Assembly (NCBI RefSeq): GCF_009931435.1 | Contig: NZ_CP043414.1 | Origin: Escherichia coli | GTDB taxonomy: Bacteria > Pseudomonadota > Gammaproteobacteria > Enterobacterales > Enterobacteriaceae | Strand: one strand, 5' to 3' | DNA length: 64,000 nt | In this document: one piece after another, positions 24,922-37,337 of the stretch | Position numbering within the stretch: position 1 is the first letter of the stretch | Layout: each line of letters starts with the position of its first letter | The notes under the pieces: model-generated | Databases searched by the model: none | What the model saw: only the letters and a program-made list of their open reading frames with translations | Told to the model about the DNA's origin: nothing | Made by a program: the position numbers and the translations under genes

Positions 24922-27810
24922 ATGCCCCGCAGCACCTGGTTCAAAGCATTATTGTTGTTTGTTGCCCTTTGGGCACCCTTAAGTCAGGCAGAAACGGGAT
25001 GGCAGCCGATTCAGGAAACCATCCGTAAAAGTGATAAAGATAACCGCCAGTATCAGGCTATACGTCTGGATAACGGTATGGTGGTTTTGCTGGTTTCTGA
25101 CCCGCAGGCGGTTAAATCGCTCTCGGCGCTGGTGGTGCCCGTTGGGTCGCTGGAAGATCCCGAGGCGTACCAGGGGCTGGCACATTACCTTGAACATATG
25201 AGTCTGATGGGTTCGAAAAAGTACCCGCAGGCTGACAGTCTGGCTGAATACCTCAAAATGCACGGCGGCAGCCACAATGCCAGCACGGCACCGTATCGCA
25301 CGGCTTTCTATCTGGAAGTTGAGAACGACGCCTTACCCGGTGCGGTAGACCGCCTGGCCGATGCTATTGCTGAACCCTTGCTCGACAAGAAATACGCCGA
25401 ACGTGAGCGTAATGCGGTGAACGCTGAATTAACCATGGCGCGTACGCGTGATGGGATGCGCATGGCACAGGTCAGCGCAGAAACCATTAACCCGGCACAC
25501 CCAGGTTCAAAGTTTTCTGGTGGTAACCTCGAAACTTTAAGCGATAAACCCGGCAATCCGGTACAGCAGGCGCTGAAAGATTTCCACGAGAAATATTACT
25601 CTGCCAATCTGATGAAGGCGGTTATATACAGCAATAAACCGTTGTCGGAGTTGGCAAAAATGGCGGCGGACACTTTTGGTCGCGTGCCGAACAAAGAGAG
25701 CAAAAAACCGGAAATCACCGTGCCGGTAGTCACCGACGCGCAAAAGGGCATTATCATTCATTACGTCCCGGCGCTGCCGCGTAAAGTTCTGCGCGTTGAG
25801 TTTCGCATCGATAACAATTCAGCGAAGTTCCGTAGTAAAACGGATGAATTGATTACCTATCTGATTGGTAATCGCAGCCCAGGTACACTTTCTGACTGGC
25901 TGCAAAAGCAGGGATTAGTTGAGGGCATTAGCGCCAATTCCGATCCTATCGTCAACGGCAACAGCGGCGTATTAGCGATCTCTGCGTCTTTAACCGATAA
26001 AGGTCTGGCGAATCGCGATCAGGTTGTGGCGGCCATTTTTAGCTACCTCAATCTGTTACGCGAAAAAGGGATTGATAAACAATACTTCGATGAACTGGCG
26101 AATGTGCTGGATATCGACTTTCGTTATCCGTCAATCACCCGTGATATGGATTACGTCGAATGGCTGGCAGATACCATGATTCGCGTTCCTGTTGAGCATA
26201 CGCTGGATGCAGTCAATATTGCCGATCGGTACGATGCTAAAGCAGTAAAAGAACGCCTGGCGATGATGACGCCGCAGAATGCGCGTATCTGGTATATCAG
26301 CCCGAAAGAGCCGCACAACAAAACGGCTTACTTTGTCGATGCGCCGTATCAGGTAGATAAAATCAGCCCACAAACTTTCGCTGACTGGCAGAAAAAAGCC
26401 GCCAATATTGCGCTCTCCTTACCGGAGCTTAACCCTTATATTCCTGACGATTTCTCGCTGATTAAGTCAGAGAAGAAATACGACCATCCAGAGTTGATTG
26501 TGGATGAGGCGAATCTGCGTGTGGTGTATGCGCCGAGCCGTTATTTTGCCAGCGAGCCTAAAGCCGATGTCAGCCTGATTTTGCGTAACCCGAAAGCCAT
26601 GGACAGCGCCCGCAATCAGGTGATGTTTGCGCTCAATGATTATCTTGCCGGACTGGCGCTTGATCAGTTAAGCAACCAGGCGTCGGTTGGTGGCATAAGT
26701 TTTTCCACCAATGCTAACAACGGCCTTATGGTTAATGCCAATGGTTACACCCAGCGCCTGCCGCAGCTGTTCCAGGCTCTGCTGGAGGGCTACTTTAGCT
26801 ATACCGCTACGGAAGATCAGCTTGAGCAGGCGAAGTCCTGGTATAACCAGATGATGGATTCCGCAGAAAAGGGCAAAGCGTTCGAGCAGGCGATTATGCC
26901 CGCGCAGATGCTCTCGCAAGTGCCGTACTTCTCGCGAGATGAACGGCGCAAAATTTTGCCTTCAATCACTTTGAAAGAGGTGCTGGCCTATCGCGACGCC
27001 TTAAAATCAGGGGCTCGACCAGAGTTTATGGTTATTGGCAACATGACCGAAGCCCAGGCAACAACGCTGGCACGCGATGTGCAAAAACAGTTGGGCGCTG
27101 ATGGTTCGGAGTGGTGTCGTAACAAAGATGTCGTGGTCGATAAAAAACAATCCGTCATCTTTGAAAAAGCCGGTAACAGCACCGACTCCGCACTGGCAGC
27201 GGTATTTGTACCGACTGGCTACGATGAATACACCAGCTCAGCCTATAGCTCTCTGCTGGGGCAGATCGTACAGCCGTGGTTCTACAATCAGTTGCGTACC
27301 GAAGAACAGTTGGGCTATGCCGTGTTTGCGTTTCCAATGAGCGTGGGACGTCAGTGGGGCATGGGCTTCCTGTTGCAAAGCAATGATAAACAGCCTTCAT
27401 TCTTGTGGGAGCGTTACAAGGCGTTTTTCCCAACCGCAGAGGCAAAATTGCGGACGATGAAGCCAGAAGAGTTTGCGCAAATCCAGCAGGCGGTAATAAC
27501 CCAGATGCTGCAGGCACCGCAAACGCTCGGCGAAGAAGCATCGAAGTTAAGTAAAGATTTCGATCGCGGCAATATGCGCTTCGATTCGCGTGATAAAATC
27601 GTGGCCCAGATAAAACTGCTGACGCCGCAAAAACTTGCTGATTTCTTCCATCAGGCGGTGGTCGAGCCGCAAGGCATGGCTATTCTGTCGCAGATTTCCG
27701 GCAGCCAGAACGGGAAAGCCGAATATGTGCATCCTGAAGGTTGGAAAGTGTGGGAGAACGTCAGCGCGTTGCAGCAAACAATGCCCCTGATGAGTGAAAA
27801 GAATGAGTGA
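24922..27810 (+). CDS. ptrA: Protease III (pitrilysin), periplasmic M16 zinc metalloprotease
   Basis: 962 aa, signal peptide, inverted zinc motif HYLEH. Confidence 0.95.
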   Translation: MPRSTWFKALLLFVALWAPLSQAETGWQPIQETIRKSDKDNRQYQAIRLDNGMVVLLVSDPQAVKSLSALVVPVGSLEDPEAYQGLAHYLEHMSLMGSKKYPQADSLAEYLKMHGGSHNASTAPYRTAFYLEVENDALPGAVDRLADAIAEPLLDKKYAERERNAVNAELTMARTRDGMRMAQVSAETINPAHPGSKFSGGNLETLSDKPGNPVQQALKDFHEKYYSANLMKAVIYSNKPLSELAKMAADTFGRVPNKESKKPEITVPVVTDAQKGIIIHYVPALPRKVLRVEFRIDNNSAKFRSKTDELITYLIGNRSPGTLSDWLQKQGLVEGISANSDPIVNGNSGVLAISASLTDKGLANRDQVVAAIFSYLNLLREKGIDKQYFDELANVLDIDFRYPSITRDMDYVEWLADTMIRVPVEHTLDAVNIADRYDAKAVKERLAMMTPQNARIWYISPKEPHNKTAYFVDAPYQVDKISPQTFADWQKKAANIALSLPELNPYIPDDFSLIKSEKKYDHPELIVDEANLRVVYAPSRYFASEPKADVSLILRNPKAMDSARNQVMFALNDYLAGLALDQLSNQASVGGISFSTNANNGLMVNANGYTQRLPQLFQALLEGYFSYTATEDQLEQAKSWYNQMMDSAEKGKAFEQAIMPAQMLSQVPYFSRDERRKILPSITLKEVLAYRDALKSGARPEFMVIGNMTEAQATTLARDVQKQLGADGSEWCRNKDVVVDKKQSVIFEKAGNSTDSALAAVFVPTGYDEYTSSAYSSLLGQIVQPWFYNQLRTEEQLGYAVFAFPMSVGRQWGMGFLLQSNDKQPSFLWERYKAFFPTAEAKLRTMKPEEFAQIQQAVITQMLQAPQTLGEEASKLSKDFDRGNMRFDSRDKIVAQIKLLTPQKLADFFHQAVVEPQGMAILSQISGSQNGKAEYVHPEGWKVWENVSALQQTMPLMSEKNE

Positions 27811-30800
27811 TGTCGCCGAGACACTAGATCCTTTGCGCTTGCCCTTACAGGGCGAGCGCCTGATTGAAGCCTCTGCCGGCACAGGCAAAACCTTTACGAT
27901 TGCGGCGCTCTATTTGCGCCTGTTACTTGGACTAGGCGGTTCTGCCGCCTTTCCCCGCCCGCTAACCGTTGAAGAACTGCTGGTGGTGACCTTTACCGAG
28001 GCTGCCACGGCAGAATTGCGCGGTCGTATCCGTAGCAATATCCACGAGTTGCGCATCGCCTGTCTGCGTGAAACCACCGACAATCCACTGTACGAACGCC
28101 TGCTGGAAGAGATCGACGATAAAGCGCAAGCCGCGCAGTGGTTGTTGTTAGCCGAACGGCAGATGGATGAAGCGGCAGTCTTTACTATTCACGGTTTTTG
28201 CCAGCGCATGCTCAACTTGAATGCCTTTGAATCCGGCATGCTGTTTGAGCAGCAGCTGATTGAAGATGAGTCTCTGCTACGCTACCAGGCCTGCGCCGAT
28301 TTCTGGCGTCGCCACTGCTACCCGCTGCCGCGTGAAATTGCCCAGGTGGTCTTTGAAACCTGGAAAGGGCCGCAGGCGTTGCTGCGCGATATTAATCGTT
28401 ATCTGCAAGGCGAAGCACCGGTTATCAAAGCACCGCCGCCCGATGATGAAACGCTGGCTTCCCGCCACGCGCAAATTGTGGCGCGTATTGATACGGTAAA
28501 ACAGCAGTGGCGCGACGCAGTGGGTGAACTGGATGCGCTGATCGAATCTTCTGGTATTGATCGACGCAAGTTTAACCGTAGCAATCAGACTAAATGGATC
28601 GAGAAGATCAGTGCCTGGGCAGAAGAAGAGACCAACAGTTATCAGTTACCGGAGTCGCTGGAAAAATTCTCTCAGCGTTTCTTAGAAGATCGCACGAAAG
28701 CCGGGGGGGAAACCCCGCGACATCCACTGTTTGAGGCGATCGATCAACTGCTTGCAGAACCATTGTCGATCCGTGATCTGGTGATCACCCGCGCATTGGC
28801 TGAGATCCGCGAAACAGTAGCGCGTGAAAAACGCCGCCGTGGCGAATTGGGTTTTGATGACATGTTAAGTCGGCTCGATTCCGCGCTGCGTAGCGAAAGC
28901 GGCGAGGTGTTGGCAGCGGCGATCCGTACGCGATTCCCGGTGGCAATGATTGATGAATTTCAGGATACCGACCCCCAGCAGTACCGAATTTTTCGACGTA
29001 TCTGGCACCATCAGCCGGAAACCGCTTTGTTGCTGATTGGCGACCCGAAACAGGCCATATATGCATTCCGGGGTGCGGATATCTTCACTTATATGAAGGC
29101 GCGTAGCGAAGTTCACGCCCACTACACCTTAGATACCAACTGGCGCTCCTCACCAGGGATGGTGAACAGCGTGAATAAGCTTTTCAGTCAGACTGATGAC
29201 GCGTTCATGTTTCGCGAAATACCGTTTATTCCAGTGAAATCAGCCGGGAAAAATCAGGCGTTACGTTTTGTGTTTAAAGGTGAAACGCAGCCTGCGATGA
29301 AAATGTGGCTGATGGAAGGCGAAAGCTGCGGCGTTGGCGACTATCAAAGTACCATGGCGCAGGTATGTGCTGCGCAAATCCGCGACTGGCTACAAGCCGG
29401 ACAGCGGGGCGAAGCGTTGCTGATGAACGGCGACGACGCGCGTCCGGTGCGTGCTTCGGACATCAGTGTGCTGGTGCGCAGCCGCCAGGAGGCCGCTCAG
29501 GTGCGCGATGCCTTAACGCTGCTGGAAATCCCTTCCGTTTACCTTTCGAACCGCGACAGTGTTTTTGAAACTCTGGAAGCGCAGGAGATGCTTTGGCTGT
29601 TGCAGGCGGTGATGACACCAGAACGTGAGAACACCCTGCGCAGTGCGCTGGCAACGTCAATGATGGGGCTGAATGCGCTGGATATTGAAACGCTGAATAA
29701 TGACGAACATGCGTGGGATGCGGTAGTCGAAGAGTTCGATGGTTATCGGCAAATCTGGCGCAAACGTGGCGTTATGCCGATGCTGCGGGCGCTGATGTCG
29801 GCGCGTAACATTGCAGAAAACTTGCTGGCAACAGCAGGCGGTGAGCGGCGTCTTACCGATATCTTGCATATCAGCGAATTGCTACAAGAAGCCGGAACGC
29901 AGCTGGAAAGTGAACATGCGCTGGTACGCTGGTTATCGCAACATATCCTCGAGCCAGACAGTAATGCCTCCAGCCAACAAATGCGTCTCGAAAGTGATAA
30001 ACATCTGGTGCAGATTGTCACGATCCACAAATCGAAAGGGCTGGAATATCCATTGGTCTGGCTGCCGTTTATCACCAATTTCCGCGTCCAGGATCAGGCG
30101 TTTTATCACGATCGCCACTCGTTTGAGGCTGTTCTGGATCTTAATGCTGCGCCAGAAAGCGTCGACCTCGCGGAGGCCGAACGTCTGGCGGAAGATCTGC
30201 GTTTGCTTTACGTTGCGCTGACGCGTTCGGTTTGGCATTGCAGTCTCGGCGTTGCACCGCTGGTGCGCCGTCGTGGCGATAAAAAAGGTGACACCGACGT
30301 CCACCAAAGTGCGCTCGGGCGTTTGCTGCAAAAAGGGGAACCGCAAGATGCGGCAGGGCTTCGCACCTGTATTGAAGCGTTATGCGATGATGATATTGCC
30401 TGGCAAACGGCACAAACTGGTGATAACCAGCCCTGGCAGGTTAATGATGCTTTAACTGCAGAACTGAATGCGAGGACGCTACAACGATTGCCCGGCGATA
30501 ACTGGCGTGTCACCAGCTACTCCGGTTTGCAGCAGCGTGGTCACGGTATCGCTCAGGATCTGATGCCACGGCTGGATGTTGATGCCGCAGGCGTGGTCAG
30601 CGTCGTTGAAGAACCGACGTTAACACCGCATCAGTTCCCGCGTGGTGCGTCACCAGGGACATTCTTGCACAGTTTGTTTGAAGACCTCGATTTTACCCAG
30701 CCGGTTGACCCGAACTGGGTACAGGAAAAACTGGAACTCGGCGGCTTTGAATCGCAGTGGGAACCAGTGTTGACCGAGTGGATCACGGCTGTCCTCCAGG

Positions 30801-31345
30801 CACCTCTCAATGAAACGGGTGTTAGCCTGAATCAGCTTTCCGACCGCGATAAACAGGTGGAGATGGAGTTTTACCTGCCGATTAGTGAACCGCTCATCGC
30901 CAGCCAGCTTGATGCACTAATTCGCCAGTTTGATCCGCTATCCGCTGGCTGCCCGCCGCTGGAGTTCATGCAGGTACGCGGCATGTTAAAAGGCTTTATC
31001 GACCTGGTATTCCGCCACGAAGGGCGTTATTACCTGCTCGACTATAAATCCAACTGGCTGGGTGAAGACAGTTCGGCTTATACCCAACAGGCTATGGCAG
31101 CGGCGATGCAGGCACACCGCTATGATCTGCAATATCAGCTTTATACCCTGGCGCTGCATCGTTATCTGCGCCATCGCATTGCTGATTACGACTATGATCG
31201 TCACTTTGGCGGCGTTATCTATCTTTTCCTGCGTGGCGTTGATAAAGAACATCCGCAACAAGGGATTTACACAACCCGACCCAACGCCGGGTTGATTGAC
31301 CTGATGGATGAGATGTTTGCCGGTATGACCCTGGAGGAGGCGTAA
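27803..31345 (+). CDS. recB: Exodeoxyribonuclease V beta subunit (helicase/nuclease)
   Basis: 1180 aa from the ATG at 27803; Walker A GTGKT; overlaps ptrA 3' end. Confidence 0.95.
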   Translation: MSDVAETLDPLRLPLQGERLIEASAGTGKTFTIAALYLRLLLGLGGSAAFPRPLTVEELLVVTFTEAATAELRGRIRSNIHELRIACLRETTDNPLYERLLEEIDDKAQAAQWLLLAERQMDEAAVFTIHGFCQRMLNLNAFESGMLFEQQLIEDESLLRYQACADFWRRHCYPLPREIAQVVFETWKGPQALLRDINRYLQGEAPVIKAPPPDDETLASRHAQIVARIDTVKQQWRDAVGELDALIESSGIDRRKFNRSNQTKWIEKISAWAEEETNSYQLPESLEKFSQRFLEDRTKAGGETPRHPLFEAIDQLLAEPLSIRDLVITRALAEIRETVAREKRRRGELGFDDMLSRLDSALRSESGEVLAAAIRTRFPVAMIDEFQDTDPQQYRIFRRIWHHQPETALLLIGDPKQAIYAFRGADIFTYMKARSEVHAHYTLDTNWRSSPGMVNSVNKLFSQTDDAFMFREIPFIPVKSAGKNQALRFVFKGETQPAMKMWLMEGESCGVGDYQSTMAQVCAAQIRDWLQAGQRGEALLMNGDDARPVRASDISVLVRSRQEAAQVRDALTLLEIPSVYLSNRDSVFETLEAQEMLWLLQAVMTPERENTLRSALATSMMGLNALDIETLNNDEHAWDAVVEEFDGYRQIWRKRGVMPMLRALMSARNIAENLLATAGGERRLTDILHISELLQEAGTQLESEHALVRWLSQHILEPDSNASSQQMRLESDKHLVQIVTIHKSKGLEYPLVWLPFITNFRVQDQAFYHDRHSFEAVLDLNAAPESVDLAEAERLAEDLRLLYVALTRSVWHCSLGVAPLVRRRGDKKGDTDVHQSALGRLLQKGEPQDAAGLRTCIEALCDDDIAWQTAQTGDNQPWQVNDALTAELNARTLQRLPGDNWRVTSYSGLQQRGHGIAQDLMPRLDVDAAGVVSVVEEPTLTPHQFPRGASPGTFLHSLFEDLDFTQPVDPNWVQEKLELGGFESQWEPVLTEWITAVLQAPLNETGVSLNQLSDRDKQVEMEFYLPISEPLIASQLDALIRQFDPLSAGCPPLEFMQVRGMLKGFIDLVFRHEGRYYLLDYKSNWLGEDSSAYTQQAMAAAMQAHRYDLQYQLYTLALHRYLRHRIADYDYDRHFGGVIYLFLRGVDKEHPQQGIYTTRPNAGLIDLMDEMFAGMTLEEA

Positions 31346-33171
31346 TGAAATTGCAAAAGCAATTACTGGAAGCTGTGGAGCACAAACAGCTACGCCCGCT
31401 GGATGTGCAATTTGCCCTGACCGTGGCGGGAGATGAACATCCTGCCGTCACCCTCGCGGCAGCCCTGTTAAGCCACGACGCCGGGGAAGGGCATGTCTGT
31501 TTGCCGCTCTCACGACTTGAGAACAACGAAGCCTCGCATCCACTGTTGGCGACCTGTGTCAATGAAATCGGTGAGCTACAAAACTGGGAAGAGTGCTTGC
31601 TGGCTTCACAAGCGGTCAGCCGGGGAGATGAACCAACGCCGATGATCCTCTGTGGCGATCGCCTTTATCTCAATCGCATGTGGTGTAACGAGCGCACAGT
31701 GGCACGCTTTTTCAACGAAGTGAATCATGCCATTGAGGTTGATGAAGCTCTACTGGCGCAAACCCTGGACAAACTTTTTCCAGTAAGCGATGAAATTAAC
31801 TGGCAAAAAGTGGCGGCGGCAGTGGCGCTGACGCGGCGGATCTCGGTGATTTCCGGCGGCCCTGGCACCGGTAAAACGACCACCGTAGCGAAGTTGCTGG
31901 CAGCGTTAATTCAAATGGCAGACGGCGAACGCTGCCGTATCCGTCTGGCTGCACCAACGGGTAAAGCTGCCGCGCGCTTAACCGAATCTCTCGGCAAGGC
32001 TTTGCGCCAGTTACCGCTGACCGATGAACAAAAGAAACGCATTCCGGAAGATGCCAGCACTTTGCACCGATTGCTGGGTGCGCAGCCGGGTAGCCAGCGT
32101 TTACGTCATCATGCCGGTAACCCGCTGCATCTTGATGTGCTGGTGGTAGATGAAGCGTCAATGATCGATCTGCCTATGATGTCGAGACTGATCGACGCCT
32201 TGCCCGATCATGCGCGAGTGATCTTTCTCGGCGATCGTGATCAACTGGCCTCGGTTGAGGCTGGGGCTGTGCTGGGCGATATCTGCGCTTATGCCAACGC
32301 GGGCTTTACCGCCGAGCGTGCCGGGCAGTTGAGCCGCCTGACGGGAACTCACGTTCCGTCAGGAACTGGCACAGAAGCGGCATCTTTGCGCGACAGTCTC
32401 TGCCTGCTGCAAAAAAGCTATCGTTTCGGCAGCGATTCTGGCATTGGTCAGTTAGCTGCGGCGATCAACCGTGGTGATAAAACGGCAGTGAAAACCGTTT
32501 TTCAGCAGGATTTTACTGATATCGAAAAACGGCTTTTACAGAGCGGCGAAGACTATATTGCGATGCTTGAGGAGGCTCTTGCGGGTTACGGGCGTTATCT
32601 GGATCTGCTGCAAGCGCGTGCCGAGCCGGATTTAATCATTCAGGCGTTCAATGAATACCAGCTTTTGTGCGCCCTGCGGGAAGGGCCGTTTGGCGTGGCT
32701 GGATTGAATGAGCGAATTGAGCAGTTTATGCAACAGAAGCGCAAAATTCATCGTCATCCGCACTCACGCTGGTACGAAGGCCGGCCGGTAATGATTGCCC
32801 GCAATGACAGCGCGCTTGGGTTGTTTAATGGTGATATCGGCATTGCGCTGGATCGTGGGCAGGGGACGCGCGTCTGGTTTGCGATGCCGGATGGCAATAT
32901 TAAGTCTGTGCAACCGAGCCGCCTGCCAGAACACGAAACCACGTGGGCGATGACGGTACATAAATCGCAGGGATCGGAGTTTGACCATGCTGCGTTGATT
33001 TTACCGAGCCAACGCACGCCAGTTGTAACGCGAGAGCTGGTTTACACTGCGGTGACCCGCGCGCGTCGCCGTCTGTCGTTGTATGCCGATGAGCGCATAT
33101 TAAGTGCGGCAATCGCCACTCGTACTGAGCGGCGCAGTGGTCTGGCGGCGTTGTTTAGTTCGCGGGAATAA
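31345..33171 (+). CDS. recD: Exodeoxyribonuclease V alpha subunit
   Basis: 608 aa, Walker [10 protein letters not shown]; start overlaps the recB stop by 1 nt. Confidence 0.95.
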   Translation: MKLQKQLLEAVEHKQLRPLDVQFALTVAGDEHPAVTLAAALLSHDAGEGHVCLPLSRLENNEASHPLLATCVNEIGELQNWEECLLASQAVSRGDEPTPMILCGDRLYLNRMWCNERTVARFFNEVNHAIEVDEALLAQTLDKLFPVSDEINWQKVAAAVALTRRISVISGGPGTGKTTTVAKLLAALIQMADGERCRIRLAAPTGKAAARLTESLGKALRQLPLTDEQKKRIPEDASTLHRLLGAQPGSQRLRHHAGNPLHLDVLVVDEASMIDLPMMSRLIDALPDHARVIFLGDRDQLASVEAGAVLGDICAYANAGFTAERAGQLSRLTGTHVPSGTGTEAASLRDSLCLLQKSYRFGSDSGIGQLAAAINRGDKTAVKTVFQQDFTDIEKRLLQSGEDYIAMLEEALAGYGRYLDLLQARAEPDLIIQAFNEYQLLCALREGPFGVAGLNERIEQFMQQKRKIHRHPHSRWYEGRPVMIARNDSALGLFNGDIGIALDRGQGTRVWFAMPDGNIKSVQPSRLPEHETTWAMTVHKSQGSEFDHAALILPSQRTPVVTRELVYTAVTRARRRLSLYADERILSAAIATRTERRSGLAALFSSRE

Positions 33172-33178
33172 ACGTGAT

Positions 33179-33286
33179 TGCCTGATGCGACGCATGCGCG
33201 TCCTGTCATGCCTCCGGGCATTGCGCATATGCGCATCTGGCGATTTCCGTCGCTTACCCTAAATCCGCCATCAACACCTTTGATTT
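33179..33286. repeat. Degenerate copy of the argA 3' end plus its 3' flank (copy 1 of an imperfect direct repeat)
   Basis: About 105 bp aligning at roughly 85 percent identity with 33338-33442; begins with REP-like cctgatgcgacgc. Confidence 0.6.
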
Positions 33287-33287
33287 G

Positions 33288-33324
<37 letters not shown>

Positions 33325-33337
33325 ATGAGCGTCAATA

Positions 33338-33442
33338 CCTGATGCGATGCTAGCGTGTTTATCATGCCTCCAGGCATTGCGCATGTCGCATCTGGCGATT
33401 TCCACCACTTACCCCAAATCCGCCATCAACACTTTGGATTTA
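33338..33442. repeat. Copy 2 of the direct repeat, overlapping the last ~11 codons of argA
   Basis: Pairs with 33179-33286; includes the argA C-terminal coding sequence KVLMADLG-stop. Confidence 0.6.
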
Positions 33443-34740
33443 CGCTGGTAGTTGTACAACTGCTTTTTGCTCTCGGGCAGTAAATCAATATCCACCGGGG
33501 TAAATCCACGTTCCTGGAACCAGTGAATACTGCGCGTGGTCAGTACAAACAATTTGCTTAATCCGCTTTGCTTCGCCTGAGCGGCAATGCGCTCCAGCAA
33601 AACCTCGCCCCTTGATGAGCTGCGGTAATCCGGGTGAACGGCCACACAGGCCATTTCCCCAATCTTCTCTTCCGGGAACGGATAGAGTGCTGCGCAGGCA
33701 ATAGTCGTGTTATCGCGCTGAATAATAGTGAATTTGTCGATTTCCATCTCCAGTTGCTCGCGAGAACGGCGTACCAGAATACCTTGCTGCTCCAGTGGGC
33801 GAATCAACTCCAGAATGCCGCCAATATCGTTGATGGTTGCGCGACGAATTTGCTCGGCGCTTTCCATCACAATCTGCGTACCGATACCGTCACGTGAGAA
33901 CAACTCTTGCAACAGCGCGCCATCTTCCTGGTAACTAATTAAATGACAGCGACGTACGCCGCTGCGGCAGGCTTTCACCGCACCACGCAAAAAGCGCACC
34001 GTACCGGAGTTGTAATCGCCTTTCTCTTCCTGAGCTTCTACCCGCGCTTGTGCTTCGTTAGGGAAAAGCTCGGAGACAATATCGCCGTCGTCATTAGTGA
34101 CGCCCTGTGAAGAGCAAAAACCAATCATCTTTTCAGCTTTCAGTTTGATGGCCAGTTGAGTGGCGATCTCTTCCGAGGTCAGATTAAAGCTCTCGCCAGT
34201 GACTGAAACCGCGACCGGCCCCAGCAGCACTATCGCACCGCTGTCCAGTTGACGATGAATCGCATCTTCGTCAATCCGCCGGATACGCCCGCTATGGCAG
34301 TAATCCACACCGTCATCCACGCCCAGCGGCTGGGCAATAATAAAATTGCCACTGACGACGTTGATATGCGCGCCCTGCAGCGGCGTGTTATTGAGACTCA
34401 TCGACAGGCGAGCAGTAATGTCCAGTTGCAATGTTCCCGCAGCCTGCTTCACCAGTTCTAGTGTTTTGGCGTCGGTCACGCGTATATTTTTGTGATATAG
34501 CGGTTCGTGGTGATGCGCTGCCAGATTCGCATCGATCTGCGGGCGCGCTCCATAGACCACGACCAGACGGATGCCGAGGCTGTGCAGCAACCCGATATCA
34601 TTAACGATACTGGAGAAATTCTCATGCTCAATGGCTTCACCGCCGAGCATGATGACAAACGTTTTTCCCCGGTGGGTATTGATATAAGGAACCGAATGGC
34701 GGAATCCCTCGACCAACTCGGTTTTACGTTCCTTCATCAC
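33409..34740 (-). CDS. argA: N-acetylglutamate synthase
   Basis: About 443 aa; start taken as GTG at 34738-34740 (an ATG one codon downstream is the alternative); AAK and GNAT domains. Confidence 0.9.
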   Translation of the reverse strand: MMKERKTELVEGFRHSVPYINTHRGKTFVIMLGGEAIEHENFSSIVNDIGLLHSLGIRLVVVYGARPQIDANLAAHHHEPLYHKNIRVTDAKTLELVKQAAGTLQLDITARLSMSLNNTPLQGAHINVVSGNFIIAQPLGVDDGVDYCHSGRIRRIDEDAIHRQLDSGAIVLLGPVAVSVTGESFNLTSEEIATQLAIKLKAEKMIGFCSSQGVTNDDGDIVSELFPNEAQARVEAQEEKGDYNSGTVRFLRGAVKACRSGVRRCHLISYQEDGALLQELFSRDGIGTQIVMESAEQIRRATINDIGGILELIRPLEQQGILVRRSREQLEMEIDKFTIIQRDNTTIACAALYPFPEEKIGEMACVAVHPDYRSSSRGEVLLERIAAQAKQSGLSKLFVLTTRSIHWFQERGFTPVDIDLLPESKKQLYNYQRKSKVLMADLG

Positions 34741-34970
34741 GGCACACCTCTTTGCATGATTATTCGTAATTATTGTATTTTTATTCTGTTTTTTCACTGG
34801 GTGCAAGTGCAAATTTTACGCATGAGCAACTTTTTTATCAGTAATGCCGTGAATATAAAAAGAATGTTTACCGTTTATTAGATGACAGATTATGCGTCTT
34901 TCGCTAAAGTTTCCGGTCAAATTAGTCGTTTATTTGTTACACAGCTTAGATTTTTTTGCTCGGGAGATGC

Positions 34971-36224
34971 ATGTCGGGATCCAACACAGCAATCAGCCGT
35001 CGTCGTTTACTGCAAGGCGCGGGTGCCATGTGGCTATTGAGCGTAAGTCAGGTCAGTCTGGCTGCGGTCAGCCAGGTCGTGGCGGTGCGCGTCTGGCCTG
35101 CGTCCAGCTACACCCGTGTGACGGTAGAATCTAATCGTCAGCTGAAATATAAGCAGTTCGCGTTGAGTAACCCTGAACGCGTGGTGGTGGATATCGAAGA
35201 TGTAAACCTGAACTCAGTGCTCAAGGGGATGGCGGCACAAATTCGTGCTGATGACCCGTTCATCAAGTCGGCGCGCGTCGGGCAGTTTGACCCGCAAACC
35301 GTGCGGATGGTTTTTGAGTTAAAGCAAAACGTAAAACCGCAGCTGTTTGCCCTTGCTCCGGTCGCCGGGTTTAAAGAGCGTCTGGTGATGGATCTCTATC
35401 CTGCCAATGCTCAGGACATGCAGGACCCGCTGCTGGCGCTGCTGGAGGATTACAATAAAGGCGATCTCGAAAAGCAGGTGCCGCCTGCGCAGAGTGGCCC
35501 GCAGCCAGGCAAAGCAGGGCGCGATCGTCCGATTGTCATTATGCTTGACCCTGGCCATGGCGGCGAAGACTCCGGTGCGGTGGGGAAATACAAAACGCGT
35601 GAAAAAGACGTGGTATTGCAAATTGCCCGCCGTTTGCGCTCTCTGATTGAGAAAGAGGGCAATATGAAAGTTTACATGACCCGTAATGAAGACATCTTCA
35701 TTCCGTTGCAAGTGCGCGTAGCAAAAGCACAGAAACAGCGTGCTGACTTGTTTGTCTCTATTCATGCCGATGCCTTTACCAGTCGCCAGCCGAGCGGTTC
35801 ATCTGTGTTTGCGCTCTCTACCAAAGGTGCAACCAGTACCGCGGCAAAATATCTGGCGCAAACTCAGAACGCCTCGGACTTGATTGGTGGCGTGAGTAAG
35901 AGCGGCGACCGTTATGTCGACCATACTATGTTCGATATGGTGCAGTCGCTGACCATTGCCGACAGTCTGAAGTTTGGTAAAGCTGTGTTGAATAAGCTCG
36001 GTAAAATCAACAAGCTGCATAAAAATCAGGTTGAACAAGCCGGGTTTGCCGTGCTGAAAGCGCCTGATATACCCTCCATTTTGGTCGAAACGGCGTTTAT
36101 CAGTAACGTTGAGGAAGAACGTAAACTGAAAACGGCAACCTTCCAGCAGGAAGTTGCGGAATCAATCCTCGCAGGAATAAAAGCGTATTTTGCCGATGGG
36201 GCGACGCTGGCGAGAAGGGGATAA
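34971..36224 (+). CDS. amiC: N-acetylmuramoyl-L-alanine amidase AmiC
   Basis: 417 aa from the ATG at 34971 (RBS gggag); Tat signal [11 protein letters not shown]; amidase_3 domain. Confidence 0.9.
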
Positions 36225-36321
36225 TGTTTTTATTTATTCAATGAATTTATATTTCGTTGAATAGATAATATTTACCTGAATATTAGACGTTGGTTTTGTG
36301 ACTGATGTCGAATATTTGAAT

Positions 36322-36344
36322 GTCGGCTTGAAAAATAAGCCGAC
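36322..36344. other. Hairpin about 100 bp downstream of amiC
   Basis: Perfect 8-bp inverted repeat gtcggctt-gaaaaat-aagccgac; no U-tract. Confidence 0.3.
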
Positions 36345-36395
36345 CATCTCTTTAATTAAGCACAATTCCGTGTAATGTATATGCATTAGTTAATC

Positions 36396-36470
36396 ATCTT
36401 GTAACTGTTAAATCAGGCAAGGCAATGTTTGAAGTAATTATTACTTCTGACGTGCCTTGCCTTTTTTTTT
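36396..36470 (+). promoter_or_regulatory. RAT-like element overlapping a Rho-independent terminator (BglG/SacY-type antitermination leader)
   Basis: cttgtaactgttaaatcaggcaaggca resembles RAT sequences as I recall them; its 3' half forms the 5' arm of the hairpin caggcaaggca...tgccttgcc, followed by T9, just upstream of the antiterminator RBS. Confidence 0.55.
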
Positions 36471-36481
36471 GGAGCTATGGA

Positions 36482-37306
36482 ATGATCATCGAAAAAGTCA
36501 TGAACAATAATTGTGTACAGGCATCGATGAATGGACAGGAGGTTATCATTTCTGGGCCTGGCGTCGGTTACAACAAAAAATATGGAATGTCGGTCCCTGA
36601 GCATCCGGCTAACCGGATTTTTTATGTCAGAAATGAACAAAAAAATAAACTCTACAAATTGATTGAACATGTGGATATTGAGTATGTTTTTGTTGCCGAA
36701 AAAATAGTGCAATATGCAGAGAACAATCTCGAAAAAAATCTCAATCCATCGCTACTATTGATTCTTGCTGATCACATTTCGAATGCAATATCCCGAGTCG
36801 CTTCAGGCATACAAATTAATAATGTTTTCCTTGATGAAATCAAAGCGTTGTACAAAGCAGAGTATGCGATAAGTCGCGATGCATTAACTATCATTAATGA
36901 GCAATTTAGCGTTCAACTTCCTGATGATGAGATTGGTTTTATAGCATTGCATATTTTAAATAATTATGAAAATTCAGTTGATTATGAATCAGTACGGATT
37001 ATTGAGTTGTCGCAAATAATCACGGGGCTTATTGAAGTTGTTTATAACAGAAAGGTGGACAGAAGTTCATTTAATTATTCCAGGTTCATGATACACCTTA
37101 AATATTTTTCAAGTCGCGTATTATGCAATGAAAAAATAAAACAGAAAGATATTGGTGATCTCTATGAACAGTTTCTTGAGAAAGACATTCTGTTACAGCG
37201 CGCAATTCATGAAATTGAAAGGTATTTGTACGCCACTTTTAAATATGAATTGATTTTGGAAGAAAAACTATATCTCTCTATTCGCACCAAAGTATTAATG
37301 GACTAA
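36482..37306 (+). CDS. BglG/LicT-family transcription antiterminator (CAT RNA-binding domain + two PRDs)
   Basis: 274 aa from the ATG at 36482 (RBS ggag 8 nt upstream); N-terminal KVMNNNCV...GQEVIISGPGVGY matches the CAT domain; PRD-like histidine contexts; the ORF-track start at 36425 lies inside the terminator loop. Confidence 0.8.
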   Translation: MIIEKVMNNNCVQASMNGQEVIISGPGVGYNKKYGMSVPEHPANRIFYVRNEQKNKLYKLIEHVDIEYVFVAEKIVQYAENNLEKNLNPSLLLILADHISNAISRVASGIQINNVFLDEIKALYKAEYAISRDALTIINEQFSVQLPDDEIGFIALHILNNYENSVDYESVRIIELSQIITGLIEVVYNRKVDRSSFNYSRFMIHLKYFSSRVLCNEKIKQKDIGDLYEQFLEKDILLQRAIHEIERYLYATFKYELILEEKLYLSIRTKVLMD

Positions 37307-37337
37307 TTATATATAACATTTATATGAGATAACCCGC

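Noticed and set aside
28260-31562. Multiple 60-140 aa ORFs on both strands inside recB and recD (e.g. 29933-30346, 30208-30513, 31215-31562)
   Set aside because: Shadow ORFs within long GC-rich coding regions; no independent start signals
34892-35134. 80-aa ORF overlapping the amiC start
   Set aside because: Out of frame with amiC, which has an RBS and a Tat signal; no support
36425-36481. Upstream ATG start for the antiterminator (MFEVIITSDVPCLFFWSYG...)
   Set aside because: The ATG lies inside the terminator hairpin loop of the leader; the ATG at 36482 has a ggag RBS and begins the conserved CAT domain
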